Shown: one piece after another, positions 20,900 through 31,746 of the stretch
Layout: every line of letters begins with the position of its first letter
How positions within the stretch are numbered: the stretch's first letter is position 1
Assembly: GCA_036918135.1 (NCBI GenBank)
Contig: JBALDB010000015.1
Coordinates: forward strand, 160,001 to 224,000
Direction of reading: 5' to 3'
DNA: 64,000 bases
From: Nostoc sp.
Lineage (GTDB): Bacteria > Cyanobacteriota > Cyanobacteriia > Cyanobacteriales > Nostocaceae
Made by a program: the position numbers and the translations under genes
The notes under the pieces: model-generated
Database searches by the model: none
What the model saw: only the letters and a program-made list of their open reading frames with translations
What the model was told of the DNA's origin: nothing

Positions 20900-21286
20900 A
20901 TGTCACACTTTAGCCAAATTAAGACTCAAATCCGTAACCTTGATTCTTTGAAAGATGCTCTGACTGAATTAGGTATAGACTGGAAACCAGGCCCACACGA
21001 AGTACGTGGCTATCGCGGTCAAACTCATCCTGCAGAAGTTAGCATTGAGCAGGAAAATGGCTACGACATCGGCTTTAAATGGAATGGCAAAGAATACGAG
21101 CTGGTGGCTGACTTGCAATATTGGCAGCAAAATCTTTCTGTGGATGGGTTCTTGCGCCAGGTAACACAGCGCTATGCTTACCAAACAGTGATGAAAGAAA
21201 CTGCTCGTGTTGGTTTTCAAGTCGCTGAAGAACAAAAAAATGAAGATGGTTCAATTCGCCTGGTAGTACAACGCTGGAGTGCGTAA
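20900..21286 (+). CDS. ycf35: DUF1257-domain protein (Ycf35 family)
   Basis: MSHFSQIKT start, IGFKWNGKEYELVADL, GSIRLVVQRW. Confidence 0.9.
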   Translation: MSHFSQIKTQIRNLDSLKDALTELGIDWKPGPHEVRGYRGQTHPAEVSIEQENGYDIGFKWNGKEYELVADLQYWQQNLSVDGFLRQVTQRYAYQTVMKETARVGFQVAEEQKNEDGSIRLVVQRWSA

Positions 21287-21747
21287 TGGCTGATTTTTTG
21301 CCGTCGCTGGAAGAACAAGAAGAAAATCGTTCCGGTTTGGAACCAGAATTAGGGGGTTTTTTACGGGATGCCCCAGAACGTTCTGGTTTAGAACCGGAAT
21401 TGGGAGGTGTGCTTCGCCAAAACGGTGTTTATGTTGACGAAATCACCTGTATAGGTTGTAAGCACTGCGCTCATGTTGCGCGTAATACTTTTTACATTGA
21501 ACCAGATTATGGGCGATCGCGAGTAATTCGCCAAGATGGGGACGCCGAAGAAATTATCCAAGAAGCAATTGACACTTGTCCGGTTGATTGCATTCATTGG
21601 GTTGATTATACCGAACTCAAAAAGTTAGAAGAAGAGCGAAAATATCAGGTAATTCCTTTAGTGGGTTATCCGGTAGAACAGGCCGTTGCTGCTAGCGAAC
21701 GGCGACGTAAAAGGCAAAAGTTAAGAAGTAAAAAATCCCGTTATTAA
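21286..21747 (+). CDS. Ferredoxin (single Fe-S cluster, CDJ-type ferredoxin domain)
   Basis: VYVDEITCIGCKHC...AIDTCPVDCIHW; duplicated RSGLEPELGG in the N-terminus; TAATG-coupled to the DUF1257 gene. Confidence 0.9.
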   Translation: MADFLPSLEEQEENRSGLEPELGGFLRDAPERSGLEPELGGVLRQNGVYVDEITCIGCKHCAHVARNTFYIEPDYGRSRVIRQDGDAEEIIQEAIDTCPVDCIHWVDYTELKKLEEERKYQVIPLVGYPVEQAVAASERRRKRQKLRSKKSRY

Positions 21748-21773
21748 GATAAAAAACTTAAACGAATGTAATC

Positions 21774-21797
21774 AGGACTGGTACAACCAGTCCTTTT
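21774..21797 (+). terminator. Rho-independent terminator
   Basis: AGGACTGGT-ACA-ACCAGTCCT followed by TTT. Confidence 0.7.
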
Positions 21798-21904
21798 ATT
21801 ATTTGTTATTTTTGTAATTTGTAAAAAACAAAAAGATAAAACTCAAAAGAGTACTACATATAAATAAATTTATTTACTTGAGACTAATTTGATTCTTCTT
21901 TTTT

Positions 21905-21994
21905 TATAGAAGGAGGAAGAAGACAGTTCTTGCTGGAAGTAAAACTATTACTGTTCCTAACCTTGTCATTATGTCCTATGTGACTACGGCTATA
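21905..21994 (+). mobile_element. ~90-bp TA-flanked MITE-like dispersed repeat, copy A
   Basis: Shares GTAAAACTATTACTGTT and TGTGACTACGGCTATA with 32616-32715 (inverted) and 45039-45144. Confidence 0.7.
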
Positions 21995-22116
21995 ACTTTT
22001 AACTTTTGCCTTGTTTAGTGATATCTAGATAATCTGAAATAGGAATAAATATTATTCTTTGATATTCCTAAAACAGCTTTTTAATACAAAAAAATCAAAA
22101 GTTAATTTGGTTGCCT

Positions 22117-22401
22117 TTATTTAAAATTTAGAGGCTCGTGTTGTGAAAGCAATTTTTCTACTTTCGCCTCATCGATTCTAGCTGTTAATTTTTTAGTTTC
22201 GTACAAGTCTCTAGTGGTTTTTGCTAAAGTAAAAGTGGAGCCAACAGAAAAAGCCAAACCCATACCCATAAAGCCTTTCACCCAGTTATCCACAGGCAAA
22301 TGCACGATACCAAAGGTAGTCATAGAAATAGAAAGCATAAAAGCTGCCCATGTTTGAATAATCCAAGCTATACTATCTTTTTGAGTTCCAACTGTTTGCA
22401 T
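22117..22401 (-). CDS. YiaA/YiaB family inner membrane protein
   Basis: Two TM helices, KGFMGMG...TFTLAKTTRD..E; ATG 22401 preferred. Confidence 0.85.
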   Translation of the reverse strand: MQTVGTQKDSIAWIIQTWAAFMLSISMTTFGIVHLPVDNWVKGFMGMGLAFSVGSTFTLAKTTRDLYETKKLTARIDEAKVEKLLSQHEPLNFK

Positions 22402-22848
22402 ATTCTCTACCTTTTGTCTAAGTAATTGATAGCAATTATTCAAAATAATTCAGTCGCCATAATTCAAAATTTATCATCAATTAGTGAATAATTTAGACCA
22501 GTCACTAATTGAAAACACATAAATCTTTTTTCTGAGAGCTGCACCAACGATTTAGTAAGAGTACAAAAGTGCGGTTTGTTCATACCCCATACAAAAGTTT
22601 TACTTAATTATTTTTTTAATTAAGAAGTTTCGTATTAAACCGGAGTTTTCAGAGATGTATTTTGTATTTTTATTTTGGATAATTGCTGTTAAAAATAATT
22701 GTATTGATTGGTAAGTTTACTGATATCAATAATCAGACCAGTTTGGTAACTGGACTCAAAAAGCCCAACTTCAGAGCAATTGGAGCAAATAAAAACTGGC
22801 ACAGGTATTGTACCAGTTACAAAAGTGGCAACACACGGATGAGTTTAC

Positions 22849-24453
22849 TTAATCATCAGGAAAAGTCTGTACCTTACCATCAGGACTGAGAACAACTCGA
22901 ATCCTGGCATTTTGTCCGCGTGTATTAGCAGAAACAAAAGGCTGACCAACTTCAGGCATCCCAGCACTATCCACGTATTCTCTTGCTGCTTTATTCAGAG
23001 GAAAAATTCGTTCAACTGTGCCATCAACACCGACTATTAAACTGTATTCTAATGTTTGTCTTAATCCCGTAGGTGGTTGCCAACGTTTTTTTATGTATTC
23101 TCTAGCTTCTGCTACTTGAGTTGTGTCAAATAATGTGCCTGTTGCCACTTCTCTGGATGTGGGAGTTTTGCGTTCATCCCCTAATCGATCGACAAATGGA
23201 TTAGGATTGGCGGTCCCAGATGAGGGCACTTCTGAGGAGGGTTTATTCCTAGAAGCTGCTTGCAGGGCACTGATTGTTTCGTCCAGTTGTTGTGAACTTA
23301 ATGGAGAGGGTTGGATGGGAATATTGCCACGGCTATTATTGGGTATAGTGGCAACGGAGGGGGGGACTACTGGTGAGATATTGGGTGATAAGTTGTTTGT
23401 AGTAGAAGATAGACCAGATGGTAAATTCCGCCTTTTAGGGAGAGCATCGGCTTGAGGATTTGAGGCTGTGAGATTTTGTCCGAGATTTGGTAGTATGGCG
23501 ATTTCCTGTCCGGGAATTTTACTGGATGGTGCGATTGCTGAATTCTTGGGAACGGTTGGAGTCGTCTCTTGAGGTATAGTCAGTGCATTTGGTAATACAG
23601 GTGGTGCTGTAGAAATACTTGAACCAGGGGATGCTAAAGGTGTTTGAGGCAAACTAGATGTCCGCAGTGGAGGGGTGGAACCGAGCAAATTATCTGCTGG
23701 GGTAGTGAGTCCAGGCTGAGGTGTGGGAAAGGCTAGTGAAGGTGAAGGTTCTAAAGCAGTCTTGACCTCTGTTGAATCTGCTGTTTTAACTGTCCGCTGT
23801 TCTTTTTGCCTGATATTATTGGCATATTGCCAGGTAACTGGTAAGAAGCCCACAGCTAATACTAATATTGCGGCAACAGGTGCCCAAGCAGGGAAGCTCA
23901 TATCTGAACTCCTACTGTTGAGAGTTGGTAGTGCCATGACATCGGTTGAGTATTCGTCTAAAGCAGTTGCCAAATCGAATAGTTGCAACAAACTTAGTTG
24001 AATCACCGAGGCAGATGTTTGGTTAGCAAGAGAACCAAGAAATAAATTGTGAGTTAAATAGCTGCTGGGTTCTAAATGTATACTTACCGCTGAAATTCGG
24101 GCACTAGAAGAATTTAATGTTTTTGTTGATAGTTGTAATTCTGGCTCATCCAGTGCTGTGCTTGATTGTTGGGAACCTGAGAAACTGACCCAAAAGCTTT
24201 CTGGAGACTGTTGGAGGAATTGTTGTACATAGCTTGTAACTGCATCAGACAAAGCTTCCAGTTGATAGCGATCGCCCCGAATGGGAACTCTGTGTTCTTG
24301 TGGTAGCCGGGGATCGTCAAAACGCAGCTCGAAGCTGAGGTGCTTGAGGACAGTTTTCCCCATCCAACGGGACAAAGGTGAGCTTTGCGCGAATACTTCT
24401 AGCGTACAAGTAGGCGGTGTGTAGCGACGAATCACAGTATTTGATAGAGGCAT
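22849..24453 (-). CDS. DUF4335-domain bitopic membrane protein
   Basis: RRYTPPTCTLEV N-terminus, LQLFDLATALDEY, one TM helix, Pro/Ser-rich linker and a globular C-terminal domain. Confidence 0.85.
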   Translation of the reverse strand: MPLSNTVIRRYTPPTCTLEVFAQSSPLSRWMGKTVLKHLSFELRFDDPRLPQEHRVPIRGDRYQLEALSDAVTSYVQQFLQQSPESFWVSFSGSQQSSTALDEPELQLSTKTLNSSSARISAVSIHLEPSSYLTHNLFLGSLANQTSASVIQLSLLQLFDLATALDEYSTDVMALPTLNSRSSDMSFPAWAPVAAILVLAVGFLPVTWQYANNIRQKEQRTVKTADSTEVKTALEPSPSLAFPTPQPGLTTPADNLLGSTPPLRTSSLPQTPLASPGSSISTAPPVLPNALTIPQETTPTVPKNSAIAPSSKIPGQEIAILPNLGQNLTASNPQADALPKRRNLPSGLSSTTNNLSPNISPVVPPSVATIPNNSRGNIPIQPSPLSSQQLDETISALQAASRNKPSSEVPSSGTANPNPFVDRLGDERKTPTSREVATGTLFDTTQVAEAREYIKKRWQPPTGLRQTLEYSLIVGVDGTVERIFPLNKAAREYVDSAGMPEVGQPFVSANTRGQNARIRVVLSPDGKVQTFPDD

Positions 24454-24707
24454 AGCAGGAAGTAGCAAGGAAGACTATTTGGGATTTTGCGTTTGCGTAG
24501 CGTGTCAAAGACAAAAGTTGAGTTAGTTGTTGGTAAATAAAAGTTGTGACTCAGAAGTTTAGAAGATTCTTTTTTTTGTAAACTGATGTGCAAGGAAGAA
24601 CTAATGTTGATAGCGCATTGCCCAAGGGCTAGCCAGCGCGATCGGGGTTTCTTGACCTAGCAAACTTACATCGGCAAATTTTGGTTAACGAATCTCAAAT
24701 GTCAAAT

Positions 24708-25313
24708 TTAAAATTTTGTAGAACGGTCTATAAGTGCTAGCCAAAGACGGCGATGCCCACCAGGGGCGCTGTAAAAAAGTAAATCTACAAGCAGTTTTAG
24801 TGCCAGGTTAGTAAGTAAATCCGTTGAGATTTGCTCGTCCTCTTCCATCCGTTCTTGGTAAGTGTTGCAAAAAGCATCAATATAATCTCCAAGTAAAGCA
24901 GCCTGGTGAGGTTCCCGGTTACTTTCTGCCATTTGTTCTAACAAACCAACAGCGCGGCGAATCAATTCCTGGTTCTGTCTGGCTAAGTAGCAGGTGATAA
25001 GAACAAGCGATCGCGCTTCTTCTACATCTAGCTTTTTTCGCCCTCCTTGACCTTTGCGTAGCGGATTTGATTGGCGCAGTCGCCATAAAGCTACGCGGTC
25101 TGGCACTCTTGACTCTAAATTCAAATCAGTTGCCGCCGAAAGCATAGCCTCAGAACCAATTCCAGTTAAGGTTTCTAGCGCCAACAGCACCAAGTCTAAT
25201 TGGGTTTTGATATTGTCCCATTGAACCGTGTTTGGAGCTGGAAGCTTGATTAAATCCTCCCACTGGGCATTTGGAGTGGCTGAGTTGGTGGCCGAGTGCA
25301 TAACTTTTAGCAT
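24708..25313 (-). CDS. DUF3038-domain protein
   Basis: LDLVLLALETL, LWRLRQSNPLR, LLFYSAPGGHRRLW. Confidence 0.88.
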   Translation of the reverse strand: MLKVMHSATNSATPNAQWEDLIKLPAPNTVQWDNIKTQLDLVLLALETLTGIGSEAMLSAATDLNLESRVPDRVALWRLRQSNPLRKGQGGRKKLDVEEARSLVLITCYLARQNQELIRRAVGLLEQMAESNREPHQAALLGDYIDAFCNTYQERMEEDEQISTDLLTNLALKLLVDLLFYSAPGGHRRLWLALIDRSTKF

Positions 25314-26110
25314 AGGTGATCAAGCTGATGGGGAATGGTGCTGTTACCCATTTTGAAACCAGACTCTCAATAATTAAAGTTGGTTTCCTATCGCTATGAG
25401 CCAGAGGCTGCATCTAGCTTTTATTTAGTCAACAGCAGGTATCTTTGTCCTACTCTAGATGAAAATTAATTTTCTACAAAGTAGAAGATTAATAATTCCA
25501 GTTAAGGTTTACCCGATTTTGGCTGCCAGCTCAGTACAAAAGTATAAATAAATATTGTTAAGAATGCTAATGTCATTGGAAAGAGGATAGGCAGACAAGA
25601 GGAATTACGGATAAAAATACAAGTCACGACTTGCCAGCTTGGGGCGATAGAGTAGCGATTCGTCTTGTCTACGTACTCTTACACATAAGCAAGCTAGCAA
25701 GAGCGTCTGTCTATAAGTATGCCATCTTATAGGGTACAGAACTTCTCGGATACCATACGCTCTTGCTAATGGGGGAAAGAATTATTGAAGTTATGCCCCA
25801 CTTGCCACTCCTGTTTTAAACTGGGCAATAACCCAGCAACTTTTGTTTAATACTTCTTTCCTCCTGCCTCCTGCCTTCTTTTGCAATGAACAACAATCGC
25901 AGATGGGAAAATCACAAGTAGGGGAAAATACCACTTTTACAAGACGTGAACACCGATCTAGGCGATCCCTTTGTTGTTTTTACAATATCGATTAAGAAGA
26001 AAAATTTTCCTTTGCTTGGAGTCTAACTTACGGCAAGCCACTGGGGTTTGAGGTCAGCGGCGCTTTGCACGTTTATAGATGTCTAATGCGGTTCGTTCCT
26101 CTAAAAACCT

Positions 26111-28729
26111 ATGCAACCTACTAATCCTAACCAATTTACAGAAAAAGCCTGGGAAGCGATCGCCCACACACCGGATATTGTCAAACAATACCAACAACAG
26201 CAAATTGAAAGCGAACATTTGCTCAAAGCCCTGCTAGAACAAGATGGTCTAGCCAGCAGTGTTTTGACGAAAGCCAATGTTAACTTGCAAAAACTGCGCG
26301 ATCGTACTGACCAATTTATCCAACGTCAGCCGAGAGTATCTGGAACCAGCACTTCCGTCTTTTTAGGACGCAGCTTGGATACACTTTTAGACCGCGCAGA
26401 CGAATATCGCCAGGAATTTCAAGACGAATATATTTCAATTGAACATTTATTGCTGGCTTATGCTAAAGATGAGCGTTTTGGCAAAGCTTTATTTCAAGAA
26501 TTTGGTTTAAACGAAGCCAAACTAAAAAATATTATTAAGCAAATTCGTGGGAGCCAAAAAGTGACCGACCAAAATCCAGAAGGCAAATATGAAGCACTGG
26601 AAAAATATGGACGTGACCTCACAGAAGCAGCCCGGAAAGGTCAACTCGATCCAGTAATTGGGCGGGATGATGAAATTCGTCGCACTGTACAAATTCTCTC
26701 TCGTCGCACTAAGAATAACCCCGTATTAATTGGTGAACCCGGTGTTGGAAAAACTGCGATCGCCGAAGGATTAGCACAGCGGATTGTTGCTGGTGATGTC
26801 CCGCAATCTCTCAAAGACCGCAAGCTAATCGCTTTAGATATGGGCGCTTTAATTGCAGGGGCAAAATTCCGGGGTGAATTTGAAGAACGTCTAAAAGCAG
26901 TATTAAAAGAAGTTACCGAATCTGGCGGCAATATTGTTTTATTTATTGATGAAATTCATACTGTTGTCGGTGCTGGTGCTACCCAAGGGGCAATGGATGC
27001 TGGTAACTTGTTAAAACCAATGTTGGCGCGGGGCGAATTGCGCTGTATTGGGGCGACAACCTTGGATGAATATCGCAAATATATTGAAAAAGATGCGGCA
27101 CTAGAAAGACGTTTCCAGCAGGTTTATGTCGATCAGCCCAGTGTGGAAGATGCAATTTCGATTTTGCGTGGCTTGAGAGAACGTTATGAAAACCACCACG
27201 GGGTGAAGATTTCTGATAGTGCTTTAGTTGCAGCGGCAATATTATCGAGTCGTTATATTAGCGATCGCTTTTTACCAGATAAAGCTATTGACTTAGTAGA
27301 TGAAGCTGCCGCTAAATTAAAAATGGAGATTACTTCCAAGCCAGAAGAACTTGACGAAATTGACCGCAAGATTCTGCAATTGGAAATGGAGAAGTTATCA
27401 CTACAAAAAGAAAGCGATCTAGCTTCTCGCGAACGTCTCGAGAGATTGGAAAAAGAAATTGCTGACCTGAAAGAAGAACAAAGTTCTCTGAATGCTCAAT
27501 GGCAATCTGAAAAAGATATTATTAACAAAATTCAGTCTGTTAAAAAAGACATTGAACGCGTTAACTTCGAGATTGAACAAGCAGAACGTGACTACAACCT
27601 CAACCGAGCCGCGGAGTTAAAATATGGTAAATTAACCGATTTACACCGCAAATTAGAAGCAGCAGAAAGTGAATTAGCAAATGTTCAAAGAAGCGGCAAA
27701 TCTCTGTTGCGTGAGGAAGTAACCGAAGGCGACATCGCTGAAGTTATTTCTAAATGGACAGGAATTCCGATTAGCAAGTTGGTGGAATCAGAAAAAGAAA
27801 AACTGCTGCATTTAGAAGACGAACTGCACCGTCGCGTGATTGGACAAGAAGAAGCAGTCACAGCCGTAGCCGATGCAATTCAGCGATCGCGTGCTGGATT
27901 AGCCGATCCCAATCGTCCCATCGCTAGCTTTATTTTCCTCGGGCCGACGGGTGTAGGTAAAACTGAATTGGCAAAAGCCCTGGCGGCGTATATGTTCGAT
28001 ACTGAAGAGGCGCTAGTACGAATCGATATGTCGGAATATATGGAGAAACACGCTGTTTCTCGGTTAATCGGTGCGCCTCCAGGATATGTGGGTTATGAAG
28101 AAGGCGGACAATTAACCGAAGCGATTCGTCGTCGTCCTTATGCCGTGATTCTCTTCGACGAAATCGAGAAAGCACACCCCGATGTGTTTAACATCTTCCT
28201 GCAAATTCTTGATGATGGTCGCGTCACTGATGCCCAAGGTCATACTGTGGACTTCAAGAACGCTATTATCATTATGACTAGCAATATCGGTTCTCAGTAT
28301 ATTCTCGATGTTGCTGCCGATAACGCCCACTACGACGAAATGCGCCGTCGCGTAATGGAGGCGATGCGAAATAGTTTCCGTCCAGAATTCCTCAACCGGA
28401 TTGACGAAATCATTATCTTCCACGGTTTGAATAAGCAGGAATTACGGCAAATTGTGCAGTTGCAAGTGGAAAGATTACGCCAACGATTGGGCGATCGCAA
28501 AATTTCTCTCAAACTCTCTAATGCTGCCCTTGACTTTTTAGCAGAAGTAGGATACGATCCAGTATTTGGAGCGCGTCCTTTGAAGCGAGCGATTCAACGG
28601 GAGTTAGAAACGCAAATTGCCAAAGCCATCTTGCGCGGCGAATTCAACGACGGCGACACTATCTTTGTAGACGTGCAAAATGAAAGGTTGTCCTTTAGCC
28701 GTTTACCAGCTGAGGTATTTACTGCATAA
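26111..28729 (+). CDS. clpB: ATP-dependent chaperone ClpB
   Basis: Two AAA+ modules ([16 protein letters not shown]), long coiled-coil M domain, GARPLKR. Confidence 0.98.
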   Translation: MQPTNPNQFTEKAWEAIAHTPDIVKQYQQQQIESEHLLKALLEQDGLASSVLTKANVNLQKLRDRTDQFIQRQPRVSGTSTSVFLGRSLDTLLDRADEYRQEFQDEYISIEHLLLAYAKDERFGKALFQEFGLNEAKLKNIIKQIRGSQKVTDQNPEGKYEALEKYGRDLTEAARKGQLDPVIGRDDEIRRTVQILSRRTKNNPVLIGEPGVGKTAIAEGLAQRIVAGDVPQSLKDRKLIALDMGALIAGAKFRGEFEERLKAVLKEVTESGGNIVLFIDEIHTVVGAGATQGAMDAGNLLKPMLARGELRCIGATTLDEYRKYIEKDAALERRFQQVYVDQPSVEDAISILRGLRERYENHHGVKISDSALVAAAILSSRYISDRFLPDKAIDLVDEAAAKLKMEITSKPEELDEIDRKILQLEMEKLSLQKESDLASRERLERLEKEIADLKEEQSSLNAQWQSEKDIINKIQSVKKDIERVNFEIEQAERDYNLNRAAELKYGKLTDLHRKLEAAESELANVQRSGKSLLREEVTEGDIAEVISKWTGIPISKLVESEKEKLLHLEDELHRRVIGQEEAVTAVADAIQRSRAGLADPNRPIASFIFLGPTGVGKTELAKALAAYMFDTEEALVRIDMSEYMEKHAVSRLIGAPPGYVGYEEGGQLTEAIRRRPYAVILFDEIEKAHPDVFNIFLQILDDGRVTDAQGHTVDFKNAIIIMTSNIGSQYILDVAADNAHYDEMRRRVMEAMRNSFRPEFLNRIDEIIIFHGLNKQELRQIVQLQVERLRQRLGDRKISLKLSNAALDFLAEVGYDPVFGARPLKRAIQRELETQIAKAILRGEFNDGDTIFVDVQNERLSFSRLPAEVFTA

Positions 28730-28748
28730 TTAGACCTCATAAATTCTA

Positions 28749-28787
28749 TTCAAAAACCCGTTTTCTGATAAAAAGCGGGTTTTTGAA
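28749..28787 (+). terminator. Terminator hairpin after clpB
   Basis: TTCAAAAACCCG...CGGGTTTTTGAA inverted repeat. Confidence 0.7.
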
Positions 28788-28890
28788 TTATCTAATGGGA
28801 AGTGGGAATCTTAAATTATGTTCATCAAAGGAATTGGGAATTAGGAAAACTCTTTTCCAATTCTCATTCACTTTTACAAGGTGATAACTA

Positions 28891-29760
28891 ATGATTAGTA
28901 TAATTACACCAGTTTATAACGGTGAGAAATTTATAGAATCTTGTCTTCAAGTTGTCATTCAACAAAATTTTTCGGAAGTCGAGCATATCATTGTCGATGG
29001 CGGCTCAACTGATAAAACAATAGATATTATCAAACATTATGCCAATCAATATTCTCATATTCGCTGGATTTCTGAAAAAGACCGAGGACAGTCAGATGCG
29101 ATGAATAAAGGAATTTCTCTAGCACAAAAAGCAATTATAGGCGTTTTGAATGTTGATGATTTCTATGAACCAAACGTTATTCGTCGCATCTGGGAACTTT
29201 TTCAAACTCTACCAGTACCTAGTTTAATTGTTGGTAATTGTAATATCTGGGATCGCCGAGACAAGTTAATTCAGGTGAACAAACCTAAACGACTACGAGC
29301 AGTTGATTTCCTGATGGAAAAGCAGATTAATGATGAGAAAATTATTGATACTGCTTATCCTGTCAATCCATCAGCTTACTTTTACCATAAATCTTTGCAT
29401 GAACAAATTGGAGTATACAAAGTTGAAGAGCATTATCTGATGGATTTAGATTTTCTGCTGAAAGCAGTTAAAGTAGCTCATGTCAAATATTTTAATGAAA
29501 CTTGGGGAAATTATAGATATTATCCTGGAACGAAAACTTTTGACGATACTACAAATGGAACAAGTCAAACGCGAATTCGACAGTTATTTAAGGAGTATGT
29601 TAAAACACTTTCTTTAATTGAGCAATGGGAGATACGTTTGGCTCAAATTATGATTTTTATTTCCTTAAGAATTTTTTATTTTTGTAAGTATCCGCAACGA
29701 TTACCTCAATCGACGATTAATCGATTGATGAAATCAATTTCGTATTTCAAGACTAAATAA
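28891..29760 (+). CDS. Glycosyltransferase family 2
   Basis: ISIITPVYN, VDGGSTD, GQSDAMNKG, LNVDD. Confidence 0.93.
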   Translation: MISIITPVYNGEKFIESCLQVVIQQNFSEVEHIIVDGGSTDKTIDIIKHYANQYSHIRWISEKDRGQSDAMNKGISLAQKAIIGVLNVDDFYEPNVIRRIWELFQTLPVPSLIVGNCNIWDRRDKLIQVNKPKRLRAVDFLMEKQINDEKIIDTAYPVNPSAYFYHKSLHEQIGVYKVEEHYLMDLDFLLKAVKVAHVKYFNETWGNYRYYPGTKTFDDTTNGTSQTRIRQLFKEYVKTLSLIEQWEIRLAQIMIFISLRIFYFCKYPQRLPQSTINRLMKSISYFKTK

Positions 29761-29980
29761 GAAGTATTGGAAGCACAGCACACAGTAGAATTAATAATTC
29801 TGCTATTTATCGTGCGTTGAGTCGAGTAAGAAACTTTTATTTACTTCTCTGTGAGACGCTCTTGCTAGCTTAGTAAAGAGAAAAAGTAGGAGCTATCGGC
29901 TCTTTAGTAACTGCCTCTTGAGAATTGGGAATTAAAACAGATTTTATATTTGGCTACCGAACTAACTTTATAACTTCACT

Positions 29981-30085
29981 TATACTAATTCAATTAATGA
30001 TTGCAACATTTCGTTGATTCAATATACGATGAATCACGTCTTTACAGATGGGCTACTTCTCACACTCTTTTTTAAAATTGGTATT
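29981..30085. mobile_element. MITE-like element, ACCAATT-ended family
   Basis: Ends TATACTAATT...AATTGGTATT; ends resemble those of 38232-38322. Confidence 0.5.
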
Positions 30086-30200
30086 ATTTTGAAACCCACT
30101 GTATCTTATTGATATATATTGATTTAAGTATTAATAATTATAAGTCAAGGCTATAGGAACTAAGTCCGCTAGGCGGACTTAGCGAAAATTTAGATAATGT

Positions 30201-30767
30201 CTAAATTTTTGATTGATTCTTACACATAACTTGTCGCATTTTACGCATATTTGCTGGTAATTCAAAATTCATTGCTTGTTGAATAAAAATTGATGGAATC
30301 GGGATATTAGGCGTAGCTTGCACAGTATAAGCTAGTAAAGTGCCATTACCGCAATCTTTAAGTTCTAAATGAGCGTTAAAATCCTCAAAAGTCCCTTTTT
30401 CCATGCGAAATTGGATTTGTTGCCCTAGTACCTCTACAACATTCAGATAAATTTCTACTTGAGCCGTGAAAAACAGAAAGGCTTTTTGTGCTGCTTGATA
30501 CAAACGCTTGACTTCACCTCGATGTATTACTTCGCTCTTGGTGATATCAGGAAAATACTGCACCCAGCGAGGGTAATCGGTTAATTGCTGCCAGACTTGC
30601 GATCGCACCATTGGTACATACATCCAAGCGGTGACAGCGCCACCGCACGCCTTGTGCGATCGCGTTTCTACTAAAATTTCACCTTGTACCAGCAACCTTT
30701 GCTTGTCTTGACTCCAAGCCATATTTGAACCTGCAATAATTGAGTTTAATATATCAGACGCAGACAT
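30201..30767 (-). CDS. SRPBCC/polyketide cyclase family protein
   Basis: VWQQLTDYPRWVQYFPDI..S pattern, GTFEDF, C-terminal helix. Confidence 0.85.
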   Translation of the reverse strand: MSASDILNSIIAGSNMAWSQDKQRLLVQGEILVETRSHKACGGAVTAWMYVPMVRSQVWQQLTDYPRWVQYFPDITKSEVIHRGEVKRLYQAAQKAFLFFTAQVEIYLNVVEVLGQQIQFRMEKGTFEDFNAHLELKDCGNGTLLAYTVQATPNIPIPSIFIQQAMNFELPANMRKMRQVMCKNQSKI

Positions 30768-31358
30768 AATGATTTCGTTTACTCCTCAACTCATCCATCT
30801 AACAACGTTAAAACTACAAGCTATGAAAACTTAACACTTATGAGTTTTGTTCCTTGGGTAAAAGTTCCCGATAAAAGTTGGGGGTAAGCATTAATCCCAG
30901 GTTTAAATCTCCCACTATACGCCTCTTTAACTGTTTGCTGTTTCCTGTTCACTGATTTGATTGAGATCCAACCCACTAAATTTTAGTTCCAGTTTAGTAT
31001 TTGTTCTTTCCGGAAATAATAATTTATTGATAATTATTTCAGTCAGTTTACTGGAAAAACTGTGTTTACGATCGCACTTAACACAATCAACACTTAAGTA
31101 AATATTGCTTAAAGCAACTTACTAAATAAAAATAAAGTTTTTAACAGCTAAAATGGCACAAACACGAGATGATATCAAGCACCAGGACTAATTTTAGAAG
31201 TTTACCTGGTAGAGACTTTCTTTCACCTTTGGGGACTTTTAGTGGCTAACGTCTGCTAATCTCTGCGTGTTATTTCTGATGAAACTGCAATTTCATCGTA
31301 TCTTCATACCTGAATGTCAATACTAAATTTAACGTGTGTTAGTTGAGAGGAAAATTAA

Positions 31359-31553
31359 GTGAGTCAATCTTCTTTAAATCGTAGATTAATCCAAATTGTC
31401 GGTATCCTTCTGGGGATGAGTGTAGCCGTTTGGGTACTCAGAGGCTTTGGTATTCTTACTTTTATTCCAGGTGGAATTATTTGGCTACTATTACTTGGGG
31501 CGATCGCGATCGGGATTATCAGTTATGCTCAAAGAACTTGGTGGCGTTTTTAA
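31359..31553 (+). CDS. Small two-TM membrane protein
   Basis: GAGG RBS and GTG start; two hydrophobic segments around LRGFGILTFIPGG. Confidence 0.7.
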   Translation: MSQSSLNRRLIQIVGILLGMSVAVWVLRGFGILTFIPGGIIWLLLLGAIAIGIISYAQRTWWRF

Positions 31554-31746
31554 TTATTGGGCATTCGGAGTAGAGACTTGGGTTAACCCAAGTCTTTCCA
31601 AGAGTTAAGAGCAAAGCCACAGACGTTAGGGTTGCTCTGGTTAAGAATAATTTTTCCTCTGGCTTTTTGCTCTCTCATTTCCCCTACTCCCCACTTCCTC
31701 TGTTATCTTTAGGTTTTTCGACTTTAAATTAACTTAGTACCTGCTG

